This document shows, piece by piece, positions 37,591 to 50,528 of a stretch of 64,000 nt of DNA; position 1 is the stretch's first letter, and every line of letters begins with the position of its first letter. Under the pieces are notes generated by a model. That model was not told where the DNA came from and made no database searches. It worked only from the letters and a program-made list of their open reading frames with translations. The stretch is from Tubiluchus corallicola (Eukaryota > Animalia > Priapulida), in the NCBI GenBank assembly GCA_030141605.1, contig JAQGDQ010000926.1:1-64000 (forward strand), given 5' to 3'. A program made the translations under genes and the position numbers.

Positions 37591-37736
37591 TTAAAGCGAG
37601 TCAGGTCCATCATGATAGGCGGCGGTCTAGATTTCGACGACTTTCCTAAAGAATTGAGGCTGCTGGAGGCTCCATTCTGCCTGTGCGTGAAAGACTTGCG
37701 ATCACAGGTTGTGCGGGAGAGTTGCATAACGATTGC
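37591..37736 (+). CDS. CLASP: CLASP exon, TOG2 (LKRVRSIMIGG...KDLRSQVVRESCITIA)
   Basis: TTTCAG|...|GTAAGT, phase 0-2; diagnostic KDLRSQVVRE motif. Confidence 0.97.
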
Positions 37737-37774
37737 GTAAGTATAGACAGGAGAAAGTAACTGTTGCAAGAGCA

Positions 37775-38255
37775 GCAACATCATTACCATCACCGGCATC
37801 ATCAACATTTTCATTGTCACCATCATTGGCATCATCATCATTGTCATCATCATCATCATCATCATCTCTATCATTATCATTATCATCATTGCCATTCGTC
37901 ATTTTCATCATCGTCAACATTTTCATCGTCACAATCATTGGCATCATCATCATTGTCATCATCATCATCATCATCTCTATCATCATCATTATCATCACTG
38001 CCATTCGTCATTTTCATCATCAGTGTCATCATCATCATTGTCATCATCATCATCATCATCTCTATCATCATCATTGTCATTCGTCATTTTCATCATCGTC
38101 AACATTGTTTTCATCATCGTCATCATAATCATCATTATCATCATCAATGTCTTTGTCACTGCACAGTTTTTTGCTTTATCTTGGTCACTACAATAGGATT
38201 ATCACCTTCATCACCACCACCACCATCGTCATCATCATCATCATCATCATAGTCA
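37775..38255. repeat. Degenerate (CAT)n low-complexity tract with internal duplications
   Basis: Direct reading; source of the poly-H/S/I/M/D ORFs. Confidence 0.9.
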
Positions 38256-38474
38256 TTATTTCATTATTTCATCTCCATATTGCATTTTCTTTCGCAACTC
38301 ACAATAGCATGTCGTCTCATCTTATTTCACAAGTTGGTAAAACAATTTGCACAGGTTTCAATGTTTCATTACGTTATGTAACTAATGTTTATTGAGCATG
38401 CAACATAAAGAAATAAAAACATTGATCCTGTGCATAGGATGGAGCGATTCAAACGTAGTAGGAACGATAATACC

Positions 38475-39477
38475 AAAAAAACAACACAATACTAACAAAT
38501 CCACAATGATAATAAAAGCACAATTATAAAAAAAGCACAATACTAACAAATCCACAATGATAATAACAGCACAATTATAAAAAAGCACAATACTAACAAA
38601 TCCACAATGATAATAAAAGCACAATTATAAAAAAAGCGCAATACTAACAAATCCAAAATGATAATAAAAGCACAATTATAAAAAAACCACAATACTAACA
38701 AATCCACCATGATAATAAAAGCGCAATACTAACAATGTTGTTGTGGATTTGTTAGTATTGTGCTTTTTTTATAATTGTGCTTTTATTAAAAATCACAATT
38801 ATAACAAAAGCACAATAATAACGTAAAACAACAATAGTAAGAACACATTTTGTGGGTTGTGAGTTCAAATTGAAGTTATTTACTGTCCTGTTTCTCTTCC
38901 CTTTTCTTGCTGATGTTGTATATAAACTTTATTACTATAAAAAAAGCACAATACTAACAAAACCACAATACTAACAAAAGCACAATAACACACAAAAACA
39001 ACAATAGTAAAAACACATTTTGTGGGCTGCGAGTTCAAATTGAAGTTATTTACTGTCCTGTTTCTCTTCCCTTTTCTTGCTGATGTTGTATATAAACTTT
39101 ATTACTATAAAAAAAGCACAATACTAACAAAACCACAATACTAACAAAAGCACAATACTAACAAAACCACAATACTAACAAAAGCACAATAACACACAAA
39201 AACAACAATAGTAAAAACACATTTTGTGGGCTGCGAGTTCAAATTGAAGTTATTTACTGTCCTGTTTCTCTTCCCTTTTCTTGCTGATGTCGTATATAAA
39301 CTTTATTACTATAAAAAAAGCACAATACTAACAAAACCACAATACTAACAGAAGCACAATAACACAAAAACAACAATAGTAAAAACACATTTTGTGGGCT
39401 GCGAGTTCAAATTGAAGTTATTTACTGTCCTGTTTCTCTTCCCTTTTCTTGCTGATGTCGTATATAAACTTTATTAC
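38475..39477. repeat. Composite repeat: ~50-bp unit x5, one inverted unit, then a 168-204-bp unit x4
   Basis: AAAAGCACAATACTAACAAATCCACAATGATAAT units; inverted copy at 38741-38788; ACAATAGTAA...GAGTTCAAATTGAAG blocks at 38831, 39001, 39205 and 39373. Confidence 0.9.
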
Positions 39478-39506
39478 CAAGTTTCTCATCTCTACATCAT
39501 TTAGGC

Positions 39507-39982
39507 CAGTGGTTCCCAAAGTAGGGGTAAATTACCCCCCGGGGGTAATATGTTTTTTTTGGGGGGTAACGGGCACCCCTCTGAAAATTTTTAAAACTTC
39601 GCTCGGAATGCATTTTACGTAGTTTTCTCCTTGAAGAGACTGCCTCCGGCAGGCAACACTGTGTCATGGGGTCCATCATTCGCACGTTCCCACGAGATCT
39701 GGTGCGATCCTAGGGAGCAGTCAAAGTTCACGATCGTTTCTTTGGTTTCTTCTCTATCGACATTTCTGCACAGCGTTTAGACTTTAGAGTTTAGAACAAT
39801 ACAACAACAACACCTAGAAATTTATTTATGTCACGAGCAAACATAAATAATTTTGCTTGCTTGTGGCATATACGTGTGTTTACTTTTTGAGTTGGAGAAG
39901 TAGTACTAGGTGGGGGGGGGGTAATGGACACGACCGGGTTTCCCGATTTGGGTAACGGTCCGAGAAAGTTTGGGAACCACTG
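39507..39982. mobile_element. hAT (Charlie/Buster-like) MITE
   Basis: TIR CAGTGGTTCCCAAA / TTTGGGAACCACTG; perfect 8-bp TSD ATTTAGGC. Confidence 0.92.
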
Positions 39983-40194
39983 ATTTAGGCCATTAATAAA
40001 CATAACCTGTTTCACTTACAGACATTTCTGCAAACGGAGGAAATATTTTTAGACTATTTTCAGATACAAGTTTTCTCTCATTTTGATAAGCAGGACGTGT
40101 CACACAAAAATGCATTTAATCTTCCACTTGATTCATCTCACACATTTTACATATTCTTTGGCGAGCAGATATTTTTGATACCTTCCCTTCTCAA

Positions 40195-41145
40195 TATCCA
40201 ATGTATTAATGAAAAGTTGGTATATCCAATGTATTAATGAGAAGTTGGTATATCCAATGTATTAATGAGAAGTTGGTATATCCAATGTATTAATGAGAAG
40301 TTGGTATATCCAATGTATTAATGAGAAGTTGGTATATCCAATGTATTAATGAGAAGTTGGTATATCCAATGTATTAATGAGAAGTTGGTATATCAATGTA
40401 TTAATGAGAAGTTGGTATATCCAATGTATTAATGAGAAGTTGGTATATCCAATGTATTAATGAGAAGTTGGTATATCCAATGTATTAATGAGAAGTTGGT
40501 ATATCCAATGTATTAATGAGAAGTTGGTATATCCAATGTATTAATGAGAAGTTGGTATATCCAATGTATTAATGAGAAGCTGGTATATCCAATGTATTAA
40601 TGAGAAGTTGGTATATCCAATGTATTAATGAGAAGTTGGTATATCCAATGTATTAATGAGAAGTTGGTATATCCAATGTATTAATGAGAAGTTGGTATAT
40701 CCAATGTATTAATGAGAAGTTGGTATATCCAATGTATTAATGAGAAGCTGGTATATCCAATGTATTAATGAGAAGTTGGTATATCCAGTGTATTAATGAG
40801 AAGTTGGTATATCTAATGTATTAATGAGAAGTTGGTATATCCAATGTATTAATGAGAAGTTGGTATATCCAATGTATTAATGAGAAGCTGGTATATCCAA
40901 TGTATTAATGAGAAGCTGGTATATCCAATGTATTAATGAGAAGTTGGTATATCCAGTGTATTAATGAGAAGTTGGTATATCTAATGTATTAATGAGAAGT
41001 TGGTATATCCAATGTATTAATGAGAAGTTGGTATATCCAATGTATTAATGAGAAGTTGGTATATCCAATGTATTAATGAGAAGCTGGTATATCCAATGTA
41101 TTAATGAGAAGCTGGTATATCCAATGTATTAATGAGAAGTTGGTA
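40195..41145. repeat. Minisatellite, 28-bp unit, about 34 copies
   Basis: Unit TATCCAATGTATTAATGAGAAGTTGGTA. Confidence 0.97.
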
Positions 41146-41902
41146 CGTGTTATGACTGTGTTTGATGGTTAACAATACCAAAGGTGACAGAGTTTTGAAA
41201 AGCACAACGTGTAAACTTTTCACATAGTAGGCTCAATTTTGGATTATTTTTGCTTGATGCAAAATGTACATGCAGAAAACTATACTGGGTGTTTTTAGTT
41301 GTCGATTTTCTAAAAATGTTGAGCATAACACAAGCCAGAATGCAGCATTCAGTTGCAGGGTTTCGTATTAAACCTGACTAGTCATATGGCTAGGTAATTA
41401 CCAAGGAAGCAATGCAGGTAGTCGTTGATCTACGATCTACGCATCTTGCGACTGTTCAATTTTACGACCCGATGACCACTCAATTAGTTAATTATACAAA
41501 ACTAATTGTAACTCTTATTTCCTTCCATTTTTTCAGCAAATTAATTTTAATTCGTTATCTATTTCGATAAAATTCATCCGCAGGCACTGCCATACTTAGT
41601 GTGCGTACACACCCAATGTCTTGTGTGCAGGGGCACACCATATGCACGTTAGAGGTCCGTAAAAGACTGTCGTCATAAGACTACCTGTATGGCGAACGAT
41701 GTCAGCCAAAAGCAGTTTTCTAGACCTCCATCCATTTAACGACCAGGCTCAGTGTCACTTAATTTCCTCACATGACCACACAGATATTTCCCTTACAAGA
41801 AAAGTATGACAATATTATGTCAATAAAAAACCCCGTCCGTTTTTTTATTACTAAAGCTTATTTTTAATTTATTATTTATTCCTTTTTTACTTCTTTGTGT
41901 AG

Positions 41903-42038
41903 GTTTTTAGCAACACAAATGGGTAACAAGTTTGACCACTTCGCCGACGCCCTTTTTTCCAGTTTAGTCGCCCTAATACCGAACAGCGCAAAGGTGATGG
42001 CTTCATCGGGAGTCATCGCGCTCAGGTTCATCATACAG
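41903..42038 (+). CDS. CLASP: CLASP exon, TOG2 (FLATQMGNKFDHFADA...LIPNSAKVMASSG...FIIQ)
   Basis: TGTAG|...|GTAAGC, phase 2-0; matches GNKFDH...LIPNSAKIMATSG. Confidence 0.97.
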
Positions 42039-42049
42039 GTAAGCCATGA

Positions 42050-42342
42050 ATGAATTTACTATGCCCACCTATGTTCATGAATTTACTATGCCCACCATGT
42101 TCATGAATTTACTATGCTCACCTGTGTTCATGAATTTACTATGCTCACCTATGTTCATGAATTTACTATGCCCACCTATGTTCATGAATTTACTATGCTC
42201 ACCTATGTTCATGAATTTACTATGCTCACCTATGTTCATGAATTTACTATGCTCACCTATGTTCATGAATTTACTATGCCCACCTATGTTCATGAATTTA
42301 CTATGCCCACCTATGTTCATGAATTTACTATGCTCACCTATG
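42050..42342. repeat. Minisatellite, 27-bp unit, about 11 copies
   Basis: Unit ATGAATTTACTATGC(T/C)CACCTATGTTC, starting about 11 nt after the donor. Confidence 0.96.
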
Positions 42343-42613
42343 TGATTGGAATAATTTTTGACTGAACATGCCTGGATTAGACCCAACAAGAGGCCCGTAT
42401 GAATTATAAACTTACTGACTTATTTTACATTTTAATTTAGTTATGCATTAGTAGTCTTGCAAACTTAACTGACCATCCAAGAAAAAACTTGGAGTGACCT
42501 TAGGCTCTACCAGTAGTTTTCTAGTCCTTTTTTCTAGAACGCAGACTAAACTATATACATTAATTTAGTCTTAAATATTTCGTCATTTATACAGACAAAT
42601 TTTGGGAGAACTT

Positions 42614-42974
42614 CAGGGTTCCCATGGTCAGGGAAAATCCTTGAAAATACGGGCTATTCTGGGAAGTCATATAAAAAGTCAGGGAAATTGGAAAGGGTTG
42701 CAAAAATAATCACCGTCAAACGATATTTTTCCAAACATGTTTTTCAGCGATTTGTTTTAGCTATGTCTGGCTCCCAGTTTCGATTTCTGTCCCAAAAATA
42801 GTGATTGGCCGATACATATTAGTGTATGTATGAATGTCCAGACACAAAAATGTTTGAATATGTATACTGGTAATTCAATTTCTGTTTATCTTGATCATGG
42901 AAAATCAATATTTGGTCAGGGAAAAGTCATGGAAAAGTCTGGGAAATTTATTTTAAAATTCTGTGAGAATCTTG
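42614..42974. mobile_element. Degenerate non-autonomous DNA transposon
   Basis: Ends CAGGGTTCCCAT / GTGAGAATCTTG (imperfect TIR); GTCAGGGAAA subterminal repeats at both ends; possible 6-bp TSD GAACTT/GAACTG. Confidence 0.5.
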
Positions 42975-43219
42975 GAACTGGATCCTCTGTTAGCTTTGCC
43001 GAGTCCAGCTGATTTGGATCTGTATCTGAAAAATTGTATCTGATTTACAGTTCTCTAAAAGTTTCTTTATAAATTATGAAATATTTTCCGTTTTACTTAC
43101 TTTTAGTAGTGATACATAGACAAAATTCGTATAAATTGCATAGATAGTGTCAGCGATATTTCTGTTTTCTTAAATGCTTGAATGTTTGGAGACATTTATT
43201 ATGCTTATTTCTTTTACAG

Positions 43220-43290
43220 CATACACATTCACCCAAGCTAGTACCTTTACTCGTTAGTCAACTATCGTCCAAGTCAAAAGAAATAAGAAG
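43220..43290 (+). CDS. CLASP: CLASP exon, TOG2 (HTHSPKLVPLLVSQLSSKSKEIRR)
   Basis: TTACAG|...|GTATAT, phase 0-2; matches HTHIPRLIP...SKS..VRR. Confidence 0.95.
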
Positions 43291-43410
43291 GTATATTATG
43301 GTTTCTTTTCTTCACGATTTTTGCGATTGAATTAAAACAAAAAACCGCGCTCGCAAATAAAAAGTTTTCGAAATATGTTCCTCTATATTTTGATCCTTGC
43401 CACTTTAATC

Positions 43411-43870
43411 CAGGGATTGAATTTTGCGCGGATACGCGGAATTCCTGGTTTTTGGAAGACCAGTGGTGCCATTTTTGTAAATCGTGTAAATTCGTTGACT
43501 AAATTTTTACGGACCCAGTACATTATTTCACAAGCTGGCCGCTAGTTGGCAGGTCATCACTTTGTTTACATCACGTACATCAGTGTACCCACGTGTATAT
43601 CTCTATGTATAAAAATATAGAATCAATTGTGCGGAGTTATTTGAGTCAATTGCAGACAGTTTTTATATACTTTTGCATAGGAGCGGCCAGTACATAAGCA
43701 TTTTTGAGACAATTAGGTATCATGTATCCTTGATAGTTGTGTATTTTAAATTATGCATGAAACAAGGTAATTGATATTTTAAGTCCACTTAGAGGCTCTC
43801 TATGGCCTAGGTGTCCCCCAAACCCCCGGCCTGTTTCAGAGTTTTTTGCAATTTGTCATTCTCATCCATG
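43411..43870 (+). mobile_element. hAT-like MITE, family C copy 2
   Basis: Colinear with 36897-37397 and 58121-58672; TIRs partly decayed and TSD not intact. Confidence 0.85.
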
Positions 43871-44017
43871 ATTATAGGTAGGTTTCTTACCTTGGTACTT
43901 TTTACTATTTTGTTCAAGGCTGATATTATAGGACTTAAGGACTTGAGCTCTTCTTGGTAAAATTGTACCAACACCCATGCTAATTTCCTGCTAGAAGCTC
44001 CTGTCACTATCATATTA

Positions 44018-44366
44018 CAGTCAACCCTCGTTAAACCGGACTAATTGGGGGGGGGGGGGGCAGGCTCCTGTTTAGCCGATTGTGCGATTTATCCGATATG
44101 CCTGTGTATGATCTATATTATACAGGAATAATCACCTTAATAAGGCCTACATACATTGCAATATATACATTGCACTATATAGTATACTGTATATTACTTT
44201 AAAATAGTTAACCTGTGAGGATAAAGAAAATATTGTACAGTTGGTAGGCCGTGTTGTGTTTAGCGCTCGGGCTCTTACGGAAATCGGTCAGTTTCCTTTA
44301 CCACAGATGACGTCCGTCTTATCCGATATCCGGGCTAACGGGGTCCGGTTTAACGAGGGTCGACTG
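44018..44366 (+). mobile_element. pogo/Tigger-like MITE, family D copy 1
   Basis: TA|CAGTCAACCCTCGTTAAACCGGAC ... GTCCGGTTTAACGAGGGTCGACTG|TA. Confidence 0.9.
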
Positions 44367-44694
44367 TAATTAGAAAGTGCAAAAACACACTCGACAGAAA
44401 GATTAGGGAGACTTCGGATCTCCTCTTCAAATTTACTGTGACTGGGGAATGATTGTTGCAAGTTTATTTGGAAGAAAACTATTTAAATAGAATTTCATTA
44501 AATTTCACTTCAGCAATATTAATGAAAGATTTTGCATATCATACTTTATGTATTAATACAAAAAACAAACATACACTAGATTTTACTGCAACAAGGCTGG
44601 CTATTTGCCTTATTTACATGGTACATTTCTGCATGGAAGCTACAGAACCATTCCAACTAGTTAAAACATCGTTCAAGCCGCTTTGATTGTATTA

Positions 44695-46070
44695 ATAGTG
44701 ATAAAAAGTATTTATAATGTGTAGTGTAAATAAACTAAAACAATACTTTATAGTGATAAAAAGTACTTATAACGTGTAGCGTAAGTAAAGTGAAGCAATA
44801 CTTTATAGTGATAAAAAGTACTTATAACGTGTAATGTAAGTAAAGTGAAGCAATACTTAATAGTGATAAAAAGTACTTATAACGTGTAGTGTAAGTAAAG
44901 TGAAGCATTACTTTATAGTGATAAAAAGTACTTATAACGTGTAATGTAAGTAAAGTGAAGCAATACTTTATAGTGATAAAAAGTACTTATAACGTGTAAT
45001 GTAAGTAAAGTAAAGCAATACTTTATAGTGATAAAAAGTACTTATAACGTGTAATGTAAGTAAAGTGAAGCAATACTTTATAGTGATAAAAAGTACTTAT
45101 AATGTGTAATGTGAGTAAACTGAAACGATACTTTATAGTGATAAAAAGTACTTATAATGTGTAATGTAAGTAAAGTGAAGCAATACTTTATAGTGATAAA
45201 AAGTACTTATAACGTGTAGCGTAAGTAAAGTGAAGCAATACTTTATAGTGATAAAAAGTACTTATAACGTGTAATGTAAGTAAAGTGAAGCAATACTTAA
45301 TAGTGATAAAAAGTACTTATAACGTGTAGTGTAAGTAAAGTGAAGCATTACTTTATAGTGATAAAAAGTACTTATAATGTGTAATGTAAGTAAACTGAAA
45401 CGATACTTTATAGTGATAAAAAGTACTTATAATGTGTAATGTGAGTAAACTGAAACCGTACTTTATAGTGATAAAAAGTACTTATAATGTGTAATGTAAG
45501 TAAAGTGAAGCAATACTTTATAGTGATAAAAAGTACTTATAATGTGTAATGTGAGTAAACTGAAACGATACTTTATAGTGATAAAAAGTACTTATAATGT
45601 GTAATGTAAGTAAACTGAAACGATACTTTATAGTGATAAAAAGTACTTATAATGTGTAATGTGAGTAAACTGAAACCGTACTTTATAGTGATAAAAAGTA
45701 CTTATAATGTGTAATGTAAGTAAACTGAAACAGTACTTTATAGTGATAAAAAGTACTTATAATGTGTAATGTAAGTAAACTGAAACAATACTTTATAGTG
45801 ATAAAAAGTACTTATAATGTGTAATGTAAGTAAACTGAAACAATACTTTATAGTGATAAAAAGTACTTATAATGTGTAATGTGAGTAAACTGAAACAGTA
45901 CTTTATAGTGATAAAAAGTACTTATAATGTGTAATGTAAGTAAACTGAAACAGTACTTTATAGTGATAAAAAGTACTTATAATGTGTAATGTAAGTAAAC
46001 TGAAACAATACTTTATAGTGATAAAAAGTACTTATAATGTGTAATGTAAGTAAACTGAAACAGTACTTTA
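44695..46070. repeat. Minisatellite, 55-bp unit, about 25 copies, abutting a splice acceptor
   Basis: Unit CTTTATAGTGATAAAAAGTACTTATAATGTGTAATGTAAGTAAACTGAAACAATA. Confidence 0.97.
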
Positions 46071-46077
46071 TTTCTAG

Positions 46078-46215
46078 ACAATGTGCAGAGATGCTGGATC
46101 AGATGCTACACACGTGGCCAACACACGCGCTGGAGCGCCACATCGCTGCATTGCAGGAGGCGATAAAAAAGGGCATCTCCGACGCCGACCCGGACGCACG
46201 CGTGCACTCGCGACG
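46078..46215 (+). CDS. CLASP: CLASP exon, TOG2 (QCAEMLDQMLHTWPTHALERH...IKKGISDADPDARVHSR)
   Basis: TTCTAG|...|GTAATA, phase 2-2; matches W.TH.LERH...IKKGI.DAD.EAR. Confidence 0.97.
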
Positions 46216-46786
46216 GTAATAACCGTGTCATTTCTACGTGCATAGATTTTATGTTAACAAATTTTATATTATTTATCCCGTGGGCTTACGTGTATTCTAT
46301 TTTTTCACATACAATAATAATAATAATAATCTTTTTACTTATCTTGCAACACACGCACAGTTATAATACAATTAATTTGGAAACAAAAATGTGAAGAAAG
46401 GGCAGCGAAAGACCAATTGGTCATCTAGTCAGCTGCCCTTTGGTTAGTGATGAACATTTTTTAAAGGCGCTATGCTACAGTGTATTAGTGTTAGTACTGC
46501 TTATAATAAAAACTAAATTGTTATGAATGACATTAAATTGATATGCTTATAACGTGTTAGTACAATTCATAAACAGTAATAATAGGTGCATAATAAAAAA
46601 AATCAAACTGAAAATAACTGAAATAAAACTGAACTGAAATAAGAACTGAAATAAAAATCTGACAACAGAAACATAATAACAATGGCAACTGAAATAGACT
46701 TTATAACACAAGCATAATTCTTGGACATAAGCAAGCGAGTGTATAATGGAGTCGTAATGATATCTTATAATACCTTCTTACTGTAG

Positions 46787-47049
46787 GGCTTTCTGGGGTT
46801 TTGCGGATCATTTCAAGGATCAGGCCGACAGGTTGTTGCAATCACTTGACGCCAGCAAACAGAAGTTACTGCAGGGGGAACTCAGTAACAGTTCAAGCAC
46901 CAACTCGCTAAGCAGTGCCGGACGTGTGTCGTCTCGTTACGGTAGATCCAGTGTCAGTTCCAAGGAGAACTTGACAGGATCCGCTTCTCGGCGCCCACGA
47001 GGGAGCAGCACGAGTCGTACTATCGGTAGCCCTGCCAGCAGTGACTATG
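46787..47049 (+). CDS. CLASP: CLASP exon, TOG2 end and S/R linker (AFWGFADHFKDQADRLLQSLD...SSDY)
   Basis: CTGTAG|...|GTAATT, phase 2-1; matches YWGF..HF..EAE.LY..L. Confidence 0.93.
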
Positions 47050-47145
47050 GTAATTCTTTTTTTGTAAAGTTACCTTTCGGGTGTGCAATGTATTTCGTGC
47101 ACATTACGTGGACTTCTTGAAGAATGAGGATTTTTTGAACATTTA

Positions 47146-47456
47146 CAGTCAACCCTCGTTAAACGGGGGTCCGGTTTAGCCGATTGTCCGATTTATCCCA
47201 TATGCCTGTATATGGTCTATATTATACAGGAATAATCACCTTAATAAGGCCTATATACATTGCACTATATACTACACTGTATATTACTTTAAAATAGTTA
47301 ACCTGTGAGGATAAAGAAATTATTGTACAGTTGGTAGGCCGTGTTGTGTTTAGCACTCGGGCTCGGACGGAAATCGGTCAGTTTCCTTTACCACGGATGA
47401 CGTCCGTCTTATCCGATATCCGGGCTAACAGGGTCCGGTTTAACGAGGGTTGACTG
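47146..47456 (+). mobile_element. pogo/Tigger-like MITE, family D copy 2
   Basis: TA TSD, TIR CAGTCAACCCTCGTTAAAC; colinear with 44018-44366. Confidence 0.9.
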
Positions 47457-47648
47457 TAATTTAGGTTTTGATGGAGGGCACTGTATCTGCCTAATGTTTT
47501 GTAATGAGTAATATATATTGTAAATTGCTTTTTTGCTTTTGTATGTGGGTTGACGCTGTTTCACTTGCACTGGTGTTTGGTTTGTTTTTTCTGCAATGCG
47601 GTGGAATTTTATAGAGAATGTTTAATTCTGAAATTAATGCATGCGTAG

Positions 47649-47783
47649 GTGATGGTCGACCGGGCATGGTTCGTGCACCCCGCTCTAACAGCGCTATCGA
47701 CGCCAGCGCCGTGCAACGTGCTCGAGTGAGAGCTGGCGGAGTCGGTTCACGGTTTGAGAAGACTTCTAATTACTCTTCTTTAC
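47649..47783 (+). CDS. CLASP: CLASP exon (DGRPGMVRAPRSNSAIDASAVQRARVR...NYSSL)
   Basis: CGTAG|...|GTAAGT, phase 1-1; matches RSRSDIDVNAA...YASL. Confidence 0.9.
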
Positions 47784-48317
47784 GTAAGTGGTCTTTGCAT
47801 TAGCCGAGGAGTTGTGTATTTGTGCTGTCACTGATATTGCTCTATCACAGCTTATCTAACACTATTGTATTCCCTTATATTATTTTCTGTATTGGTAAAA
47901 CTATTTCTCAATGTTATGACGGTTTTTATTGATTTCAAAAGAAAGTTCATCTTTTAATTCTGGAAGATGATCTTTATATTCAGACTTGCGATTTGAAAAA
48001 AAAACATTCTGTTCATTTGCCGTTTCTTTTCCGTATCTGTTGTTTTATTTATGATTTTTCTCATTTCTGCATCAGTGGCTTTACTTATGGTTTGTTTTGT
48101 TCTGCATGCAGAGACGGATGTTGGTGGTGGCAAGAAAGCTGAGATTATGTCTTGCATGTAGATACAAGGTTCCATTAATACATGTATGTAGAAAACTTGG
48201 CTAAGTAACGGTTAAACGATTAGCAATGTTCTAAACAGTTACACCAGTTGGCAGTTGGTTAAACATTTAACCATATCATAGGCACATGCATAGCATTTTA
48301 TGTTCTTATTTTTGCAG

Positions 48318-48371
48318 CTCGTTCAGCAAAGCAGGATGAACGTGGACGATCCAAAGCATCGCATTCACAAC
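48318..48371 (+). CDS. CLASP: CLASP exon (PRSAKQDERGRSKASHSQ)
   Basis: TTGCAG|...|GTAAGT, 54 nt, phase 1-1; matches RGRSR.K.VSQSQP. Confidence 0.88.
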
Positions 48372-49235
48372 GTAAGTATGGCAGCATTTTGTAACTTTGT
48401 GAATAAGCTGTTCTTGATCAGAGTTTACTGTTGTTCACACTTGAGAGTGCTTTTAATTTCCGGAAATCAATCTATTCTAAAACGGGGAAATTTTATTAGT
48501 AGTGAAATCTGTTAAATTGTGTATGCATATTTTCATTCAGTTTTCTGAACGTCTGAAGTTGTTTATTATAACAGTAGCAGTTATTGCCAGTTTTGATCTA
48601 TTTATAAATGTCTTGGCACTTGTTGTGAAAGTCATGTTTGAGGTTGTAGTTGAACACTTTGTCGAAAACGAATAAAACACTATACTACATATCTGCACAA
48701 AACTGAAAAGCGTTTATTAGACTAAGTACACATATGTAGAATGACTGCTACACTGAACACTGAGAACAAGAGTATCCTGCACTGATCACTGAGAGTTAGA
48801 CAGTAACATGAGTATCACGACTGCTGCACTGCACTGAGAGTGAGACAGTGACTAGAAAGTTAATCCAGTCAGTATATATATAGGTATAGGTAATTATGCA
48901 AACTTGGCTTCACAAAAACTATTACTGAAAAATAAGGAGAGATCCAGTGAGTATGCATATTCACTGGATCGTACAGTTATACTAGCGGTGAGTTTAGCTA
49001 GTAAAATGTAAAGGGATTAGTTAATAGATGGCAGCACCTAAAAATATGCAGTTACAATTTCCACACTTATATTTACATATCTCTTAGCACTCCTTTGCAC
49101 TCTGGTGTTATGCTACCAGCTGCATACAAACTCTCTTGTTTACTATGTATTTTTGCGCCGAATCTGCTTACAGAACTGGCAGAAATTCATTCCAAATTTC
49201 TTGCACTTGTTTAATACGTTGTTTTGTTTGCACAG

Positions 49236-49451
49236 CGGGCAGTCGGTCAAATTCGCCGTCGTCGCGCTTCAGCTACCAAACGTACACGGGCGGACCGAGC
49301 AGCGAGAGAAAACCCCGCAGGTCGGGGATACCCCGCAGCACGGGAACTAGTCGTGACAACAGCCCCAATCGTCTGAATAGTAGCTACGGCCGAGAGAGGA
49401 GACTCAGTGGCAGTACGGCGTCTGGATCGCGGCCGGGCAGGGTGAACAAAA
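49236..49451 (+). CDS. CLASP: CLASP exon with the EB-binding SxIP motif (PGSRSNSP...RRSGIPRSTGTSRDNSP...)
   Basis: CACAG|...|GTGAGT, phase 1-1; matches PGSRS.SP and SKIPRSQGCSRETSP. Confidence 0.95.
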
Positions 49452-49484
49452 GTGAGTGGTTTATGAACAGATGATTGTCAGCGC

Positions 49485-49704
49485 TTGAATATGTGATCCT
49501 AGCTGATCCTTGAATATGTGATCCTAGCTGATCCTTGAATATGTGATCCTAGCTGATCCTTGAATATGTGATCCTAGCTGATCCTTGAATATGTGATCCT
49601 AGCTGATCCTTGAATATGTGATCCTTGGATATGTGATCCTAGCTGATCCTTGAATATGTGATCCTAACTGATCCTTGAATACGTGATCCTAGCTGATCCT
49701 TGAA
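49485..49704. repeat. Minisatellite, 25-bp unit, about 9 copies
   Basis: Unit TTGAATATGTGATCCTAGCTGATCC. Confidence 0.95.
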
Positions 49705-50445
49705 CGTAATACAAATAAGAAATACTGCACAGAAAAAGCCTCAAACACTGGTCATTTATACACGAAGGTAAATGCGTTGCGGGCAATCAAAAAGCAGGGC
49801 TTGTTAGATTGTCCCACACAGTGATAGAAAAAAAAGTAATGGAAATAATCTGAAAATTTAAAGTGAATCATGATAAAAAAACATTAGTGCTTAAAATGGA
49901 ATGATGTAATGAATGAAGCTCATATATGGGATGATATAAAAGATAGAAAGACTATTATTTGTATGTAACATAGTATGTAAAATTAAGATAACTTGATTAA
50001 GCTAACACTACTGTTTTGCAGCTGTGATCATTTTGACTTTGTCATTTTACTTACTGTTTATGTATAAACTTTATTTATTTTGAGTGGATATTCAACACAG
50101 CAGGCTCTATAACTGATCACAGTATTTCAACTACATGTAGTACATTTTAAAGACAGATATATATACAATTAGTTCGAGCTTATAATTACACAAACGGTTA
50201 GTTCAAAAATACGAGTAGTTTATTAGTTAACACTTAATTGAGTTATACAAAACCAATAGGGTAGATATAATAACAGAAACTATTATCTGTCTGCTTCAGC
50301 TCATAAGCCCATACAAAAGTACAACTGGCGTTTAATGCACAAATGCCTACCGTTTAACGGAAGCTCGTTCTGGAGTATTTTTTCTTGACAACTTATTACA
50401 AATGGCTACTGATTTATTGATTACATAATGTTTTTTTTTATTTAG

Positions 50446-50528
50446 CACCAAGTGGCAATGCTAATGTATTGGCACAGCGAGAGTTGATACCGGGAAAAGA
50501 GTCAGAGACGGCGCTACACGATGCACTG
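50446..50528 (+). CDS. CLASP: CLASP exon (PSGNANVLAQRELIPGKESETALHDAL)
   Basis: TTTAG|...|GTAAGC, phase 1-0; corresponds to the vertebrate ...LEAAVADAL segment. Confidence 0.88.

Noticed and set aside
37587-38395. His-, Ser-, Met- and Asp-rich ORFs
   Set aside because: A degenerate (CAT)n tract within an intron; the real exon is 37591-37736.
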